From positions 1-60,167 of the IMG/VR virus record IMGVR_UViG_3300017783_000017: DNA of 60,167 nucleotides, one strand, 5' to 3'. Source of the stretch: a virus (Duplodnaviria > Caudoviricetes). A program made the translations under genes and the position numbers. Position 1 is the first letter of the stretch. Each line of letters begins with the position of its first letter. The notes beneath the pieces are model-generated. The model was not told the origin of the DNA and did no database searches. It saw only the letters and a list, made by a program, of their open reading frames with translations. This document shows positions 9,702 to 17,250 of this stretch, piece after piece.

Positions 9702-10295
9702 TTGGACAGTGTAGCATTTGTACTCGGTAACGGGACAAGTAGAGCATCTTTAGAATTAAAAAATCTTAGGGGAAAAGGAACTATATATGGTTGTAATGCC
9801 ATTTATAGAGATTTTGATCCTGATTATATTATTGCAGTAGACACAAAAATGGTGCTTGAATTAAACAAGCATAATGTACAACACAGAGTATCTACTTGGA
9901 CAAATCAAAATAGATCATACCAAAAACTTGTAGGGTTTAACTTCTTTAATCCATCTAAGGGTTGGAGCAGTGGACCTACTGCCTTATGGAAAGCATGTAA
10001 GGACGAACATAAAATTGTTTATATATTTGGATTTGATTACGTAGGCTTAAATAATAACACATTAGTAAACAATTTATATGCAGGCACACAAAACTATAAG
10101 AAAGAACATGAACGTGCAACCTATCATAATAACTGGTTAAAACAAACAATTATTACAATACAAGCACATCCTGAAATACAATTTTATAGAGTTACAGCAG
10201 AAAACGGCGAATTTATACCAGAGGCTTTCAGTAATTTAAGCAATTTAGACCATATAGGTATGCAAGATTTTAAGGATTTTTATGACATTTTATAA
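9702..10295 (+). CDS. Maf/DUF115- or CstII-like nucleotide-sugar transferase-fold protein
   Basis: TTG start. FVLGNGTSR, GCNA, SSGPTAL, VYIFGFDY motifs resemble sialyltransferase/Maf-type GNGPS...TSG...IYLxGxD motifs. Confidence 0.5.
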   Translation: MDSVAFVLGNGTSRASLELKNLRGKGTIYGCNAIYRDFDPDYIIAVDTKMVLELNKHNVQHRVSTWTNQNRSYQKLVGFNFFNPSKGWSSGPTALWKACKDEHKIVYIFGFDYVGLNNNTLVNNLYAGTQNYKKEHERATYHNNWLKQTIITIQAHPEIQFYRVTAENGEFIPEAFSNLSNLDHIGMQDFKDFYDIL

Positions 10296-10366
10296 GAAAT
10301 GATCATTTTGAGCCTATTTCTACGTACTTTTTTGTCTATTTGTTAAATATTATATGACAGCCCATA

Positions 10367-10383
10367 ACCAGACTATGTCTGGT
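10367..10383 (+). promoter_or_regulatory. Leader hairpin upstream of the prohead core gene
   Basis: ACCAGAC-TAT-GTCTGGT just before the AGGAG SD of 10405. Confidence 0.4.
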
Positions 10384-10404
10384 GCTTATTTATAGGAGAA
10401 AACA

Positions 10405-11376
10405 ATGGCAGACACAAATAAATTTGAACAAATGCTCGAGCTCCTTGTTAACGAAGACAAGGAAGGCGCTGAAGCATTATTCCACGAAATTGTAGTTGAA
10501 AAGTCACGTGACATATATGAGTCACTACTTGAAGACGAAGCGGAAATTGATGAAGCTACTGATGAAGAAGTAGATGAATCATCCGACGAAGAAACAAACG
10601 AAGCATCCGACGAAGAAGTAGATGAAGCTACTGACGAAGAAGTTGACGAAGCTAAAGACGAAGAAGTTGATGAAGGTTTTGACCTTGATGAATTTGAAGT
10701 TGAAGCAGATCCAATGGACGATGCAGGCGAAGATAAAACTGATGACATGATGTCCGACTTAGGTATGGACGACGAAGGTGAAGAAGGCGACGACGAACCA
10801 GAAGGTGACGTTGAAGATCGTGTAGAAGACCTTGAAGATGCATTAGAAGATCTTAAAGCAGAATTTGAAAAGATGATGGGCGACGAAGACGCTGGCGACA
10901 GTGACGACGAAGGCGATATGGACATGGACATGGACGCTGACGACGAAGCTGACAAAGAAGAAGCAGTTGCTTTTGAATCATCCGACGAAGAAGTTGAAGA
11001 AGCTACTGATGAAGAAGTTGACGAAGCATCCGATGAGGAAGTTGACGAAGGCGAAAAATCAGCAAGCGAAACAATGCGCGAATATGTAGAAAAAGTATCT
11101 GCAACAATGGGCGACAACGGTGACAACACTAAATCCCCAATAGCAAGCGCAAATAACATGGGTGGTACCTCTGCAAACATCGCTAAAGGCGGTGAAGAAA
11201 AAGGTGGCGACCATGCTGGCTTAGGTGATAGCAATGCTAAAGAAGATAGCGCAGGGAATGTAAATGTTCCAGGTGGTAAGGCTTCTAAAGCAAATAAAGC
11301 TCAACCAGGTCACGGGGCTGAGAAAAAAGGTAAGCCCGAACAAGCAGCCGACAAGAAATCAACTCTTGGAAGCTAA
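10405..11376 (+). CDS. Highly acidic prohead core/scaffold protein
   Basis: 323 aa, D/E-rich with DEEVDEA(T/S/K) repeats, located between portal and protease like T4 gp67/68. Confidence 0.7.
   Translation: MADTNKFEQMLELLVNEDKEGAEALFHEIVVEKSRDIYESLLEDEAEIDEATDEEVDESSDEETNEASDEEVDEATDEEVDEAKDEEVDEGFDLDEFEVEADPMDDAGEDKTDDMMSDLGMDDEGEEGDDEPEGDVEDRVEDLEDALEDLKAEFEKMMGDEDAGDSDDEGDMDMDMDADDEADKEEAVAFESSDEEVEEATDEEVDEASDEEVDEGEKSASETMREYVEKVSATMGDNGDNTKSPIASANNMGGTSANIAKGGEEKGGDHAGLGDSNAKEDSAGNVNVPGGKASKANKAQPGHGAEKKGKPEQAADKKSTLGS
10546..11052 (+). repeat. Two blocks of 24-nt (8-aa) DEEVDEAx repeats
   Basis: GA(C/T)GAAGAAGT(A/T)GA(C/T)GAAGC.. units at about 10546-10675 and 10975-11052. Confidence 0.75.
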
Positions 11377-11390
11377 ATTAGGAATTTTAG

Positions 11391-12011
11391 ATGAGTAATT
11401 ACCTAAGCGAACAGTTAAGTTTTGACCAAGCTCAAATAGTTGTTGAAACTGCCAACGAAGGCAAAGACCTTAAAATGAAAGGTATTTGTATCCAAGGCGG
11501 AGTGCGCAATGCTAATCAGCGTGTGTACCCAGTTGAGGAAATAGGCAGGGCTGTCAAAACTCTCAACGATCAAATTGAGAATGGTTATAGCGTTTGTGGA
11601 GAGGTAGATCATCCAGAAGGACTAAACATAAACCTTGACCGTGTGTCACACATGATTGAATCATGTTGGATGGACGGTGCTAATGGTTACGGAAAATTGA
11701 AAATCTTACCAACTCCTATGGGAAACTTAGTTAGAACAATGCTTGATGCAAAAGTTAAATTAGGTGTTTCCAGTAGGGGCTCTGGTGAAGTAGATGGTCA
11801 AGGAAACGTAAAAGACTTTGAAATAATCACCGTGGACATTGTGGCACAGCCAAGTGCCCCTGGTGCATATCCAACACCGATTTATGAGCATATCATGAAC
11901 ACTCAGGGAGGATATAAGGCATTTGAATTAGCAAAGGCAACACAAGAAGATCAAAAGGCACAAAAGTATCTTAAGGAATCGTTGGTTAATATAATCAACA
12001 ACCTCCGATAA
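11391..12011 (+). CDS. gp21: Prohead protease (T4 gp21-like)
   Basis: N.NQRVYP, GEVDHP, VSHMI, TPMG, LGVSSRGSG, D.VAQPSAPGA motifs. Confidence 0.95.
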   Translation: MSNYLSEQLSFDQAQIVVETANEGKDLKMKGICIQGGVRNANQRVYPVEEIGRAVKTLNDQIENGYSVCGEVDHPEGLNINLDRVSHMIESCWMDGANGYGKLKILPTPMGNLVRTMLDAKVKLGVSSRGSGEVDGQGNVKDFEIITVDIVAQPSAPGAYPTPIYEHIMNTQGGYKAFELAKATQEDQKAQKYLKESLVNIINNLR

Positions 12012-12025
12012 ACGAGGAGAATGGT

Positions 12026-13123
12026 ATGATAGATGCACTGAAACAACTCTTCGAAAGCGATGCAATAAACGAAGATATCAGAGCTGAAATTGAAGAAGCT
12101 TGGAACGCAAAAGTCAAAGAGAACAAACAGTCAGTGACTGCTGAACTCCGCGAAGAATTTGCTGCCAAGTACGAACATGACAAGCAGGCAATGGTTGAGT
12201 CAATCGACCAAATGCTAAGTGAAAACTTAACTGCTGAGATTGCAGAATTTGCAGAAGACCGCAAAGCACTTTCAGAGCAAAAAGCAAAATATGCTGTTGC
12301 AATGAAAGAAAATGCACATCTCTTAAAAGACTTTGTTGTAAATCAATTACAAAAAGAAGTAAGCGAATTACGTTCAGACAAAGTTAAAATGGCAGAAAGT
12401 TATTCAAAACTTGAAGAGTTCGTTGTAGAAGCTCTTACTTCCGAAATTGCAGAATTTCAAGAAGATAAAAATGATTTGGCTGAAACAAAAGTACGTTTGG
12501 TCAAAGAAGCAAAAGCACATCTTGCTAAAGTTAAAGACAACTTTATCAAGCGTGGTGCTACTGCCGTATCCAATCTTGTTAGTGAAAGTCTTAACAAAGA
12601 AATTCATCAACTTAAAGAAGATATTGATACAGCACGTAAAAATGATTTTGGTCGCAAAATTTTCGAAGCATACGCAGCCGAGTATGGCACTTCTTACTTA
12701 AATGAGAAGAGCGAGACTGCAAAACTTCTAAAAGTAATCGACACAAAAGATAAACAGTTAGCTGAAGCAAAGGCATTCGCTGCCAAAGCTAAAGACATAG
12801 CTGTAAATGTAGACACTTCACGTAAAGCACTTGAAGAGTCTATCAAAAGAGAAAAAATAATTAACGATTTGGTTTCACCGTTAGGTAAAGACCAAAAAGA
12901 AATTATGACAGATTTACTGGAATCAGTACAAACTGCAAGATTAACAAAGCAGTTTGAAAAATATTTACCAACAGTTATTGACGGTAATACTCCAGCAAAG
13001 CAGAAGGCAGTATTAAAAGAAGGCAAAGAAGTAACAGGCAACAGAGAACAACCAACTAACGTTAGTAGTGAAGCAGACGAATCAAATGTCATTGACATCA
13101 AACGTCTTGCTGGTTTAAATTAA
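12026..13123 (+). CDS. gp22: Prohead scaffolding protein (T4 gp22-like)
   Basis: Coiled-coil protein between protease and capsid. GRKIFEA motif and C-terminal KRLAGL. Confidence 0.8.
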   Translation: MIDALKQLFESDAINEDIRAEIEEAWNAKVKENKQSVTAELREEFAAKYEHDKQAMVESIDQMLSENLTAEIAEFAEDRKALSEQKAKYAVAMKENAHLLKDFVVNQLQKEVSELRSDKVKMAESYSKLEEFVVEALTSEIAEFQEDKNDLAETKVRLVKEAKAHLAKVKDNFIKRGATAVSNLVSESLNKEIHQLKEDIDTARKNDFGRKIFEAYAAEYGTSYLNEKSETAKLLKVIDTKDKQLAEAKAFAAKAKDIAVNVDTSRKALEESIKREKIINDLVSPLGKDQKEIMTDLLESVQTARLTKQFEKYLPTVIDGNTPAKQKAVLKEGKEVTGNREQPTNVSSEADESNVIDIKRLAGLN

Positions 13124-13133
13124 GGAGATAATT

Positions 13134-14309
13134 ATGTCAGAACTACTCGAAAGTCGCTGGCAGGATACAAAGACAGCACTTCTTGAAGGCCTTAAGGGCA
13201 ACAAGAAATCAGTTATGGCTGCAACTTTGGAAAATACGAGAGCGTATTTGTCAGAGTCAGCAACAGCTGGTGCTACATCTGCCGGTAATGTCGCAACTCT
13301 TAATAGAGTTATCCTACCAGTCATCAGACGTGTTATGCCAACAGTGATTGCAAATGAACTTGTTGGGGTACAACCAATGACCGGTCCAGTGGGTCAAATC
13401 CACACACTAAGAGTCCGTTATTCGGACACTTACGCAGGCACAGCAGGCGGTTCAACAACCGCAGGCGAAGAAGCTCTTTCACCATTCAAAATAGCTGAAG
13501 GTTATTCAGGTAATGCAAATGGTAAAGCAGATGCTACAGCAACTAAAGAAGGTACAGCTGGAAATCAACTAAGCATCCAGATCCTCAAGCAAACAGTCGA
13601 AGCTAAGACACGTAAATTGTCAGCTCGCTGGACATTTGAGGCGGCTCAGGACGCTCAGTCACAGCACGGTATTGACGTAGAAGCTGAAATCATGGCAGCA
13701 CTTGCACAAGAAATTACTGCTGAAATCGACCAAGAGGTCCTTTCAAGTCTTAATACTCTTGCAGGTACAGCCGCACTTACATACGATCAGGCCGCTGTAT
13801 CAGGTACAGCAACATTCGTTGGTGACGAACACGCCGCATTGGCAGTTCAAATCAATAGAGTTGCAAACTTGATTGCACAGCGTACACGTAGAGGCGCAGG
13901 TAACTGGGCCGTAGTTAGCCCATTTGCGCTAACGATCCTACAAAGTGCAACAACTTCAGCATTTGCAAGAACTACTGAAGGAACTTTTGAAGCTCCAACT
14001 AACACTAAAATGGTTGGTACTTTGAACAACGCTATGAAGGTATATGTTAACACATATGCAGCCGACAGTGCAAACGTACTTGTTGGTTACAAAGGTTCAA
14101 GCGAATCAGATGCGGCAGCGTTTTATTGCCCATACATTCCGCTAATGAGCTCAGGTGTTGTATTAGATCCATCAACATTCGAACCAACAGTATCATTTAT
14201 GACACGTTATGGTTATGTTGAGCTAAACAATACTGCTTCATCGCTTGGTAACGCCGCTGATTACTTGGCTGCCGTTGCAATTACCAATGGTAATGTATCT
14301 TTTAGCTAA
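13134..14309 (+). CDS. gp23: Major capsid protein (T4 gp23-like)
   Basis: RRVMPTVIANELVGVQPMTGPVG, VEAKTRKLSARWT.E.AQD, AEIDQE, FYCPYIPL, TRYG motifs. Confidence 0.97.
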   Translation: MSELLESRWQDTKTALLEGLKGNKKSVMAATLENTRAYLSESATAGATSAGNVATLNRVILPVIRRVMPTVIANELVGVQPMTGPVGQIHTLRVRYSDTYAGTAGGSTTAGEEALSPFKIAEGYSGNANGKADATATKEGTAGNQLSIQILKQTVEAKTRKLSARWTFEAAQDAQSQHGIDVEAEIMAALAQEITAEIDQEVLSSLNTLAGTAALTYDQAAVSGTATFVGDEHAALAVQINRVANLIAQRTRRGAGNWAVVSPFALTILQSATTSAFARTTEGTFEAPTNTKMVGTLNNAMKVYVNTYAADSANVLVGYKGSSESDAAAFYCPYIPLMSSGVVLDPSTFEPTVSFMTRYGYVELNNTASSLGNAADYLAAVAITNGNVSFS

Positions 14310-14332
14310 GATATAAAGCATAGCAAAATTGG

Positions 14333-14360
14333 AAATAGGCCCTTCGGGGCCTATTTTTTT
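14333..14360 (+). terminator. Rho-independent terminator after the capsid gene
   Basis: AAATAGGCCC-TTCG-GGGCCTATTT followed by a T run. Confidence 0.92.
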
Positions 14361-14373
14361 GACTAAATATTAT

Positions 14374-14419
14374 TACGTTCATCCTACGGGACGGAAGTAG
14401 CATTAGCGAAGGAACGCAC
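14374..14419 (+). ncRNA. Glutamine riboswitch (glnA RNA motif), compact form
   Basis: P1 CGTTC 14376-80/GAACG 14412-16; P2 TCC-TACG-GGA; conserved CGGAAGTA E-loop strand; P3 GC-ATTA-GC; GAAGGAACGC end. Confidence 0.8.
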
Positions 14420-14444
14420 TTTAACTTTAACGAGGAGAAGTGTA

Positions 14445-14543
14445 ATGGACAACTATACGCTTTGGTGCTTTCAACAGCTTATCAAACTGCACCATAAGAA
14501 AAAAGTTGACTTTTTATTGCAAAAAGTGCAAAAAAGTGGTTGA
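14445..14543 (+). CDS. 32-aa basic peptide MDNYTLWCFQQLIKLHHKKKVDFLLQKVQKSG downstream of the riboswitch
   Basis: GAGGAG SD at 14432-14437, ATG at 14445, TGA at 14541-14543. Too short for the ORF track. Confidence 0.55.
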   Translation: MDNYTLWCFQQLIKLHHKKKVDFLLQKVQKSG

Positions 14544-14567
14544 CTTTTATAATATAGATGCTATATT
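14540..14567 (+). promoter_or_regulatory. Sigma70-type (early) promoter
   Basis: TTGACT 14540-45, 16-nt spacer, extended -10 TGc-TATATT 14559-67, and upstream A tracts. Confidence 0.65.
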
Positions 14568-14573
14568 AGTAAC

Positions 14574-14792
14574 ATAAGCAATAAAAGAGTAATTAACTTT
14601 TATTTTTTAGTGCATCGAAGAGGCTCTTACCAGAGGGTTGAAGATGACAGCTTAGGGGTGGTACCCAGGCATGGTTGCAGAAATGCGTTGTGTCACATCG
14701 CTCTACCGAGCGGAAGTTGGTTCCCGGGATTCAGACAGGTATCTGTGTCGAAGGGTTGTAGGTGAAACCGAGTCCTACCTAAAATTGCTTAT
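14574..14792 (+). ncRNA. ~220-nt structured RNA, manA-motif-like
   Basis: Closing helix ATAAGCAAT 14574-82/ATTGCTTAT 14784-92; two TACC-loop hairpins and two GGTA loops; GCA-GAAA-TGC GNRA hairpin; GTAGG/CCTAC. GC-rich with no ORF. The GGTGGT...ATCG..TACC..CGG pattern recalls the manA motif. Confidence 0.7.
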
Positions 14793-14806
14793 TCTTAAAC
14801 AGGCGC

Positions 14807-15070
14807 TTAGGCGTCTGTTTTCTTATTAAAAATTCCAAACTTTTTACATTTAGCAATAAACGTTGTACGTTTGATTCCTAAAGATTTGCTTGCATGTGTT
14901 TGATTGTAGTTGTGTTCAATTAAAGCATCTTTAATTTTATCTATTATAAAATCTTCTGTTTCTTTATCTAAATTTTTTGTAGGTACGTTCTGGTCATCTT
15001 TGATATTATGATGTCGACTCATTTCCTCAAAAGCTTCGAACATTACATCCTGTTCTGACTTTAGCACCAT
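14807..15070 (-). CDS. Stand-alone Fis-family (HTH_8) DNA-binding protein
   Basis: IKDALIEHNYNQTHASKSLGIKRTTFIAKCKKFGI matches the C-terminal HTH of Fis and NtrC/FleQ-type activators. No AAA+ domain. Confidence 0.8.
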   Translation of the reverse strand: MVLKSEQDVMFEAFEEMSRHHNIKDDQNVPTKNLDKETEDFIIDKIKDALIEHNYNQTHASKSLGIKRTTFIAKCKKFGIFNKKTDA

Positions 15071-15093
15071 TTAGATTCCTGACCTTATTAAGA

Positions 15094-15101
15094 TATTTAT
15101 G
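15094..15101 (-). promoter_or_regulatory. Late promoter CATAAATA for the Fis-like gene
   Basis: TATTTATG on the + strand, about 24 nt upstream of the ATG at 15070. Confidence 0.6.
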
Positions 15102-15146
15102 CAGTGTTTGCAAAACAATTACAATGATCGGAAACATATTACATAT

Positions 15147-15164
15147 GTGTTAAAATTTTAACAC
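15147..15164. promoter_or_regulatory. Perfect 18-bp palindrome, candidate CRP/Clr-family or Fis-type operator
   Basis: GTGTTAAAATTTTAACAC = TGTTA-N6-TAACA / TGTT-N8-AACA, 5 nt upstream of the csgF late promoter. Confidence 0.55.
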
Positions 15165-15169
15165 CAAGC

Positions 15170-15196
15170 GATAAATACAAGTGGAGGGCTTCCTTT
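15170..15196 (+). promoter_or_regulatory. Late promoter and leader of the csgF operon (copy 1 of the 19-bp element)
   Basis: GATAAATA followed by CAAGTGGAGGGCTTCCTTT and ATG. 15171-15189 is identical to the reverse complement of 24455-24473. Confidence 0.75.
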
Positions 15197-15685
15197 ATGA
15201 AGATAAGAAATATACATATCATCGGTCTGACTTTAGCACTTACATTTGCTATACCCAATGTTGCCGCAAGTGACTTGACTTGGAGTTTTAAATCTCCAGC
15301 ATTTCATTATGGTAACGGCTACAGTACTCACGTACTAAGTGTAGAACAGCTACAGTTTAACCGCAGAAAAGAAATTGCAGATGCACAGAAAGCAGAAGCG
15401 GCTCGCTTAGAGCGTGAATTAGAAAATACTACACTTAATAAATTTATTAAGAACGTTGAATCAAGAATATATGCACAACTATCAAAACAAATGGTTGATA
15501 GTATGTTTGCTGATTGTGATGCCACAACAGGCACATGCCCAACATCAGGAACAGCAGAAATCGAAGGTTCAACTATATCATGGGTTAAAGATGCTATAAC
15601 TGGAGAAATCACTTTGACTGTTGTTGAAGAAGATGGCTCTACTACTGAAATATCGATACCAGGATCAGGAGAGTTTAATTTTTAG
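15197..15685 (+). CDS. csgF: Curli assembly protein CsgF-like
   Basis: Signal peptide, then SDLTWSFKSPAFHYGNG (cf. CsgF GTMTFQFRNPNFGG). FIKNVESRIYAQLS and a C-terminal G.TTEI.IP. Immediately upstream of csgG. Confidence 0.85.
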   Translation: MKIRNIHIIGLTLALTFAIPNVAASDLTWSFKSPAFHYGNGYSTHVLSVEQLQFNRRKEIADAQKAEAARLERELENTTLNKFIKNVESRIYAQLSKQMVDSMFADCDATTGTCPTSGTAEIEGSTISWVKDAITGEITLTVVEEDGSTTEISIPGSGEFNF

Positions 15686-15686
15686 T

Positions 15687-16490
15687 ATGCTGAAAACTGT
15701 TTGTGCCATTCTTACCCTTGCATTCCTAACAGGCTGTGCAGGCATGCAAAGCATGGAAAAATTAATAGATTCACAGGACAGTCCTGGATTACAGGTGTCA
15801 CCTATTAAAGATAGAATGATGAATGTTCGTCCTATAGATGGACCAAAAATTACAATAGCAGTATACCAATTTGCAGATAAAACAGGACAACGTAAACCTG
15901 CAGATAATATTGCTAATTTAAGTAGCGCAGTAACACAAGGAAGTGAAGTTTGGGTTATTAAAGCTCTACAAGAAGTAGGAAACGGAACGTGGTTTGAAGT
16001 TGTTGAAAGAGTGGGCATGGACCACTTGATTAAAGAACGTCAGTTGATACGTAACACACGTGACGTGTATGAAAAAGATTTACCTAATGGTCCAACGCCA
16101 TTAAAACCTATGTTGTTTGCGGGCTTATTGCTTGAAGGCGGCATTGTAGGATACGACAGCAATGTTGCAGTCGGAGGAATTGGAGCAAGGTATTTAGGAA
16201 TAGGAGCACAAACAGAGTACAGAATAGACACTGTTACTATTGTGATGCGCCTTGTTAGTGTTAGCACCGGTAAGGTGTTGATGAGCATAGCAACCGAAAA
16301 AACGATTGCAAGCTACAGGTCCGGAGCGGACATCTTCAAGTTTTTGGATTTGGGGACTAAATTAGTGGAGTCGGAAGCCGGCTTCAGTGTTAATGAACCA
16401 GTTAATTATGCTGTGAGGGCAGCCATTGAACAAGGCATAATAGAGCTGGTAAACGAAGGAGTTAATAAAGGACTCTGGAAGTTTAAATAA
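15687..16490 (+). CDS. csgG: Curli secretion channel lipoprotein CsgG
   Basis: Probable start is ATG 15687, giving lipobox LTGC. AVYQFADKTGQRKP, SSAVTQG, WF.VVER.G...L.KERQLIR, EGGIVGYDSN, GG.GARYLGIG motifs. Confidence 0.93.
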   Translation: MLKTVCAILTLAFLTGCAGMQSMEKLIDSQDSPGLQVSPIKDRMMNVRPIDGPKITIAVYQFADKTGQRKPADNIANLSSAVTQGSEVWVIKALQEVGNGTWFEVVERVGMDHLIKERQLIRNTRDVYEKDLPNGPTPLKPMLFAGLLLEGGIVGYDSNVAVGGIGARYLGIGAQTEYRIDTVTIVMRLVSVSTGKVLMSIATEKTIASYRSGADIFKFLDLGTKLVESEAGFSVNEPVNYAVRAAIEQGIIELVNEGVNKGLWKFK

Positions 16491-16503
16491 GAGGGTAACT
16501 ATT

Positions 16504-17250
16504 ATGAAAAGTATAAAATTGTACTTAACAGCTATACTCTGGTTTACTGTATCTACTGCTCTGGCAAACGATATTTACATCGAGCAGGTCGGAGACACAT
16601 TAGACTTAGACATAGTACAAGATGGTGCGAATAATGTTATAGGCACAGCAACAACTGCGGCTATTTTAGAGGGCGACGGTATGACGTTCGATATTACACA
16701 GACAGGAAGTGCAAACGTTATTGCGGCAACTATCAAAGGAGTGAACTACGAAGGAACATGGGATTTTACTGGTGATCGTAACACAGTAGACATGTTATGT
16801 TCAAGCGCAAGTTCGGGTAATTGTGATGACGTTACGTTGAATGTCACTGTAGATGGTGATGACAACGAATTCAAGTTTTATGTAGGGCAATCTGCAGATG
16901 CAGAAGATTTACTTGCGGCATTCACTGTTGATGGAGACGGAAACGTTTTTGACGTTGACGTTGACGGAACAGATGCAAACATAACTGTCACTGTAGATAA
17001 CAGTGCATCGTTAGCATCTAACCAAGTCCAATCAGCTACCGATAATAATCTTTCAACAAGTGTTGCTGGAGGAAATATTATTGATTTAGATATAGACGGT
17101 AATGGAGATACAAACGGGCATGAAATTATCTTAGATATTACAGGCGGCGGGTCATCTTACACCATTAACCAAAGTGGCGTTAACGACAACAAAGTTGATG
17201 CAACTTTTTCAGGTGATGGTCAAACTGTCAATATAACGCAGAGTGACTAA
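16504..17250 (+). CDS. Secreted curlin-like beta-solenoid repeat protein
   Basis: Signal peptide ending ALA. Repeats such as IYIEQVGDTLDLDIVQDGANN, ITQTGSAN, V.VDGDDN, INQSGVNDN. Directly after csgG. Confidence 0.7.
   Translation: MKSIKLYLTAILWFTVSTALANDIYIEQVGDTLDLDIVQDGANNVIGTATTAAILEGDGMTFDITQTGSANVIAATIKGVNYEGTWDFTGDRNTVDMLCSSASSGNCDDVTLNVTVDGDDNEFKFYVGQSADAEDLLAAFTVDGDGNVFDVDVDGTDANITVTVDNSASLASNQVQSATDNNLSTSVAGGNIIDLDIDGNGDTNGHEIILDITGGGSSYTINQSGVNDNKVDATFSGDGQTVNITQSD

Noticed and set aside
10546-11052. Regular short repeats as a possible CRISPR array
   Set aside because: They are in-frame degenerate 24-nt coding repeats without unique spacers, and no cas genes are present.
14758-14778. 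GTAGG...GAGTCCTAC resembling a tRNA T-arm
   Set aside because: The loop is 11 nt without TTCG, and there is no acceptor, D or anticodon arm. It is treated as part of the larger RNA. No tRNA or tmRNA was recognised in the window.
15621-15686. Longer upstream start for csgG given in the ORF track
   Set aside because: It overlaps csgF and would bury the lipoprotein signal. ATG 15687 gives a normal signal peptide with lipobox LTGC.
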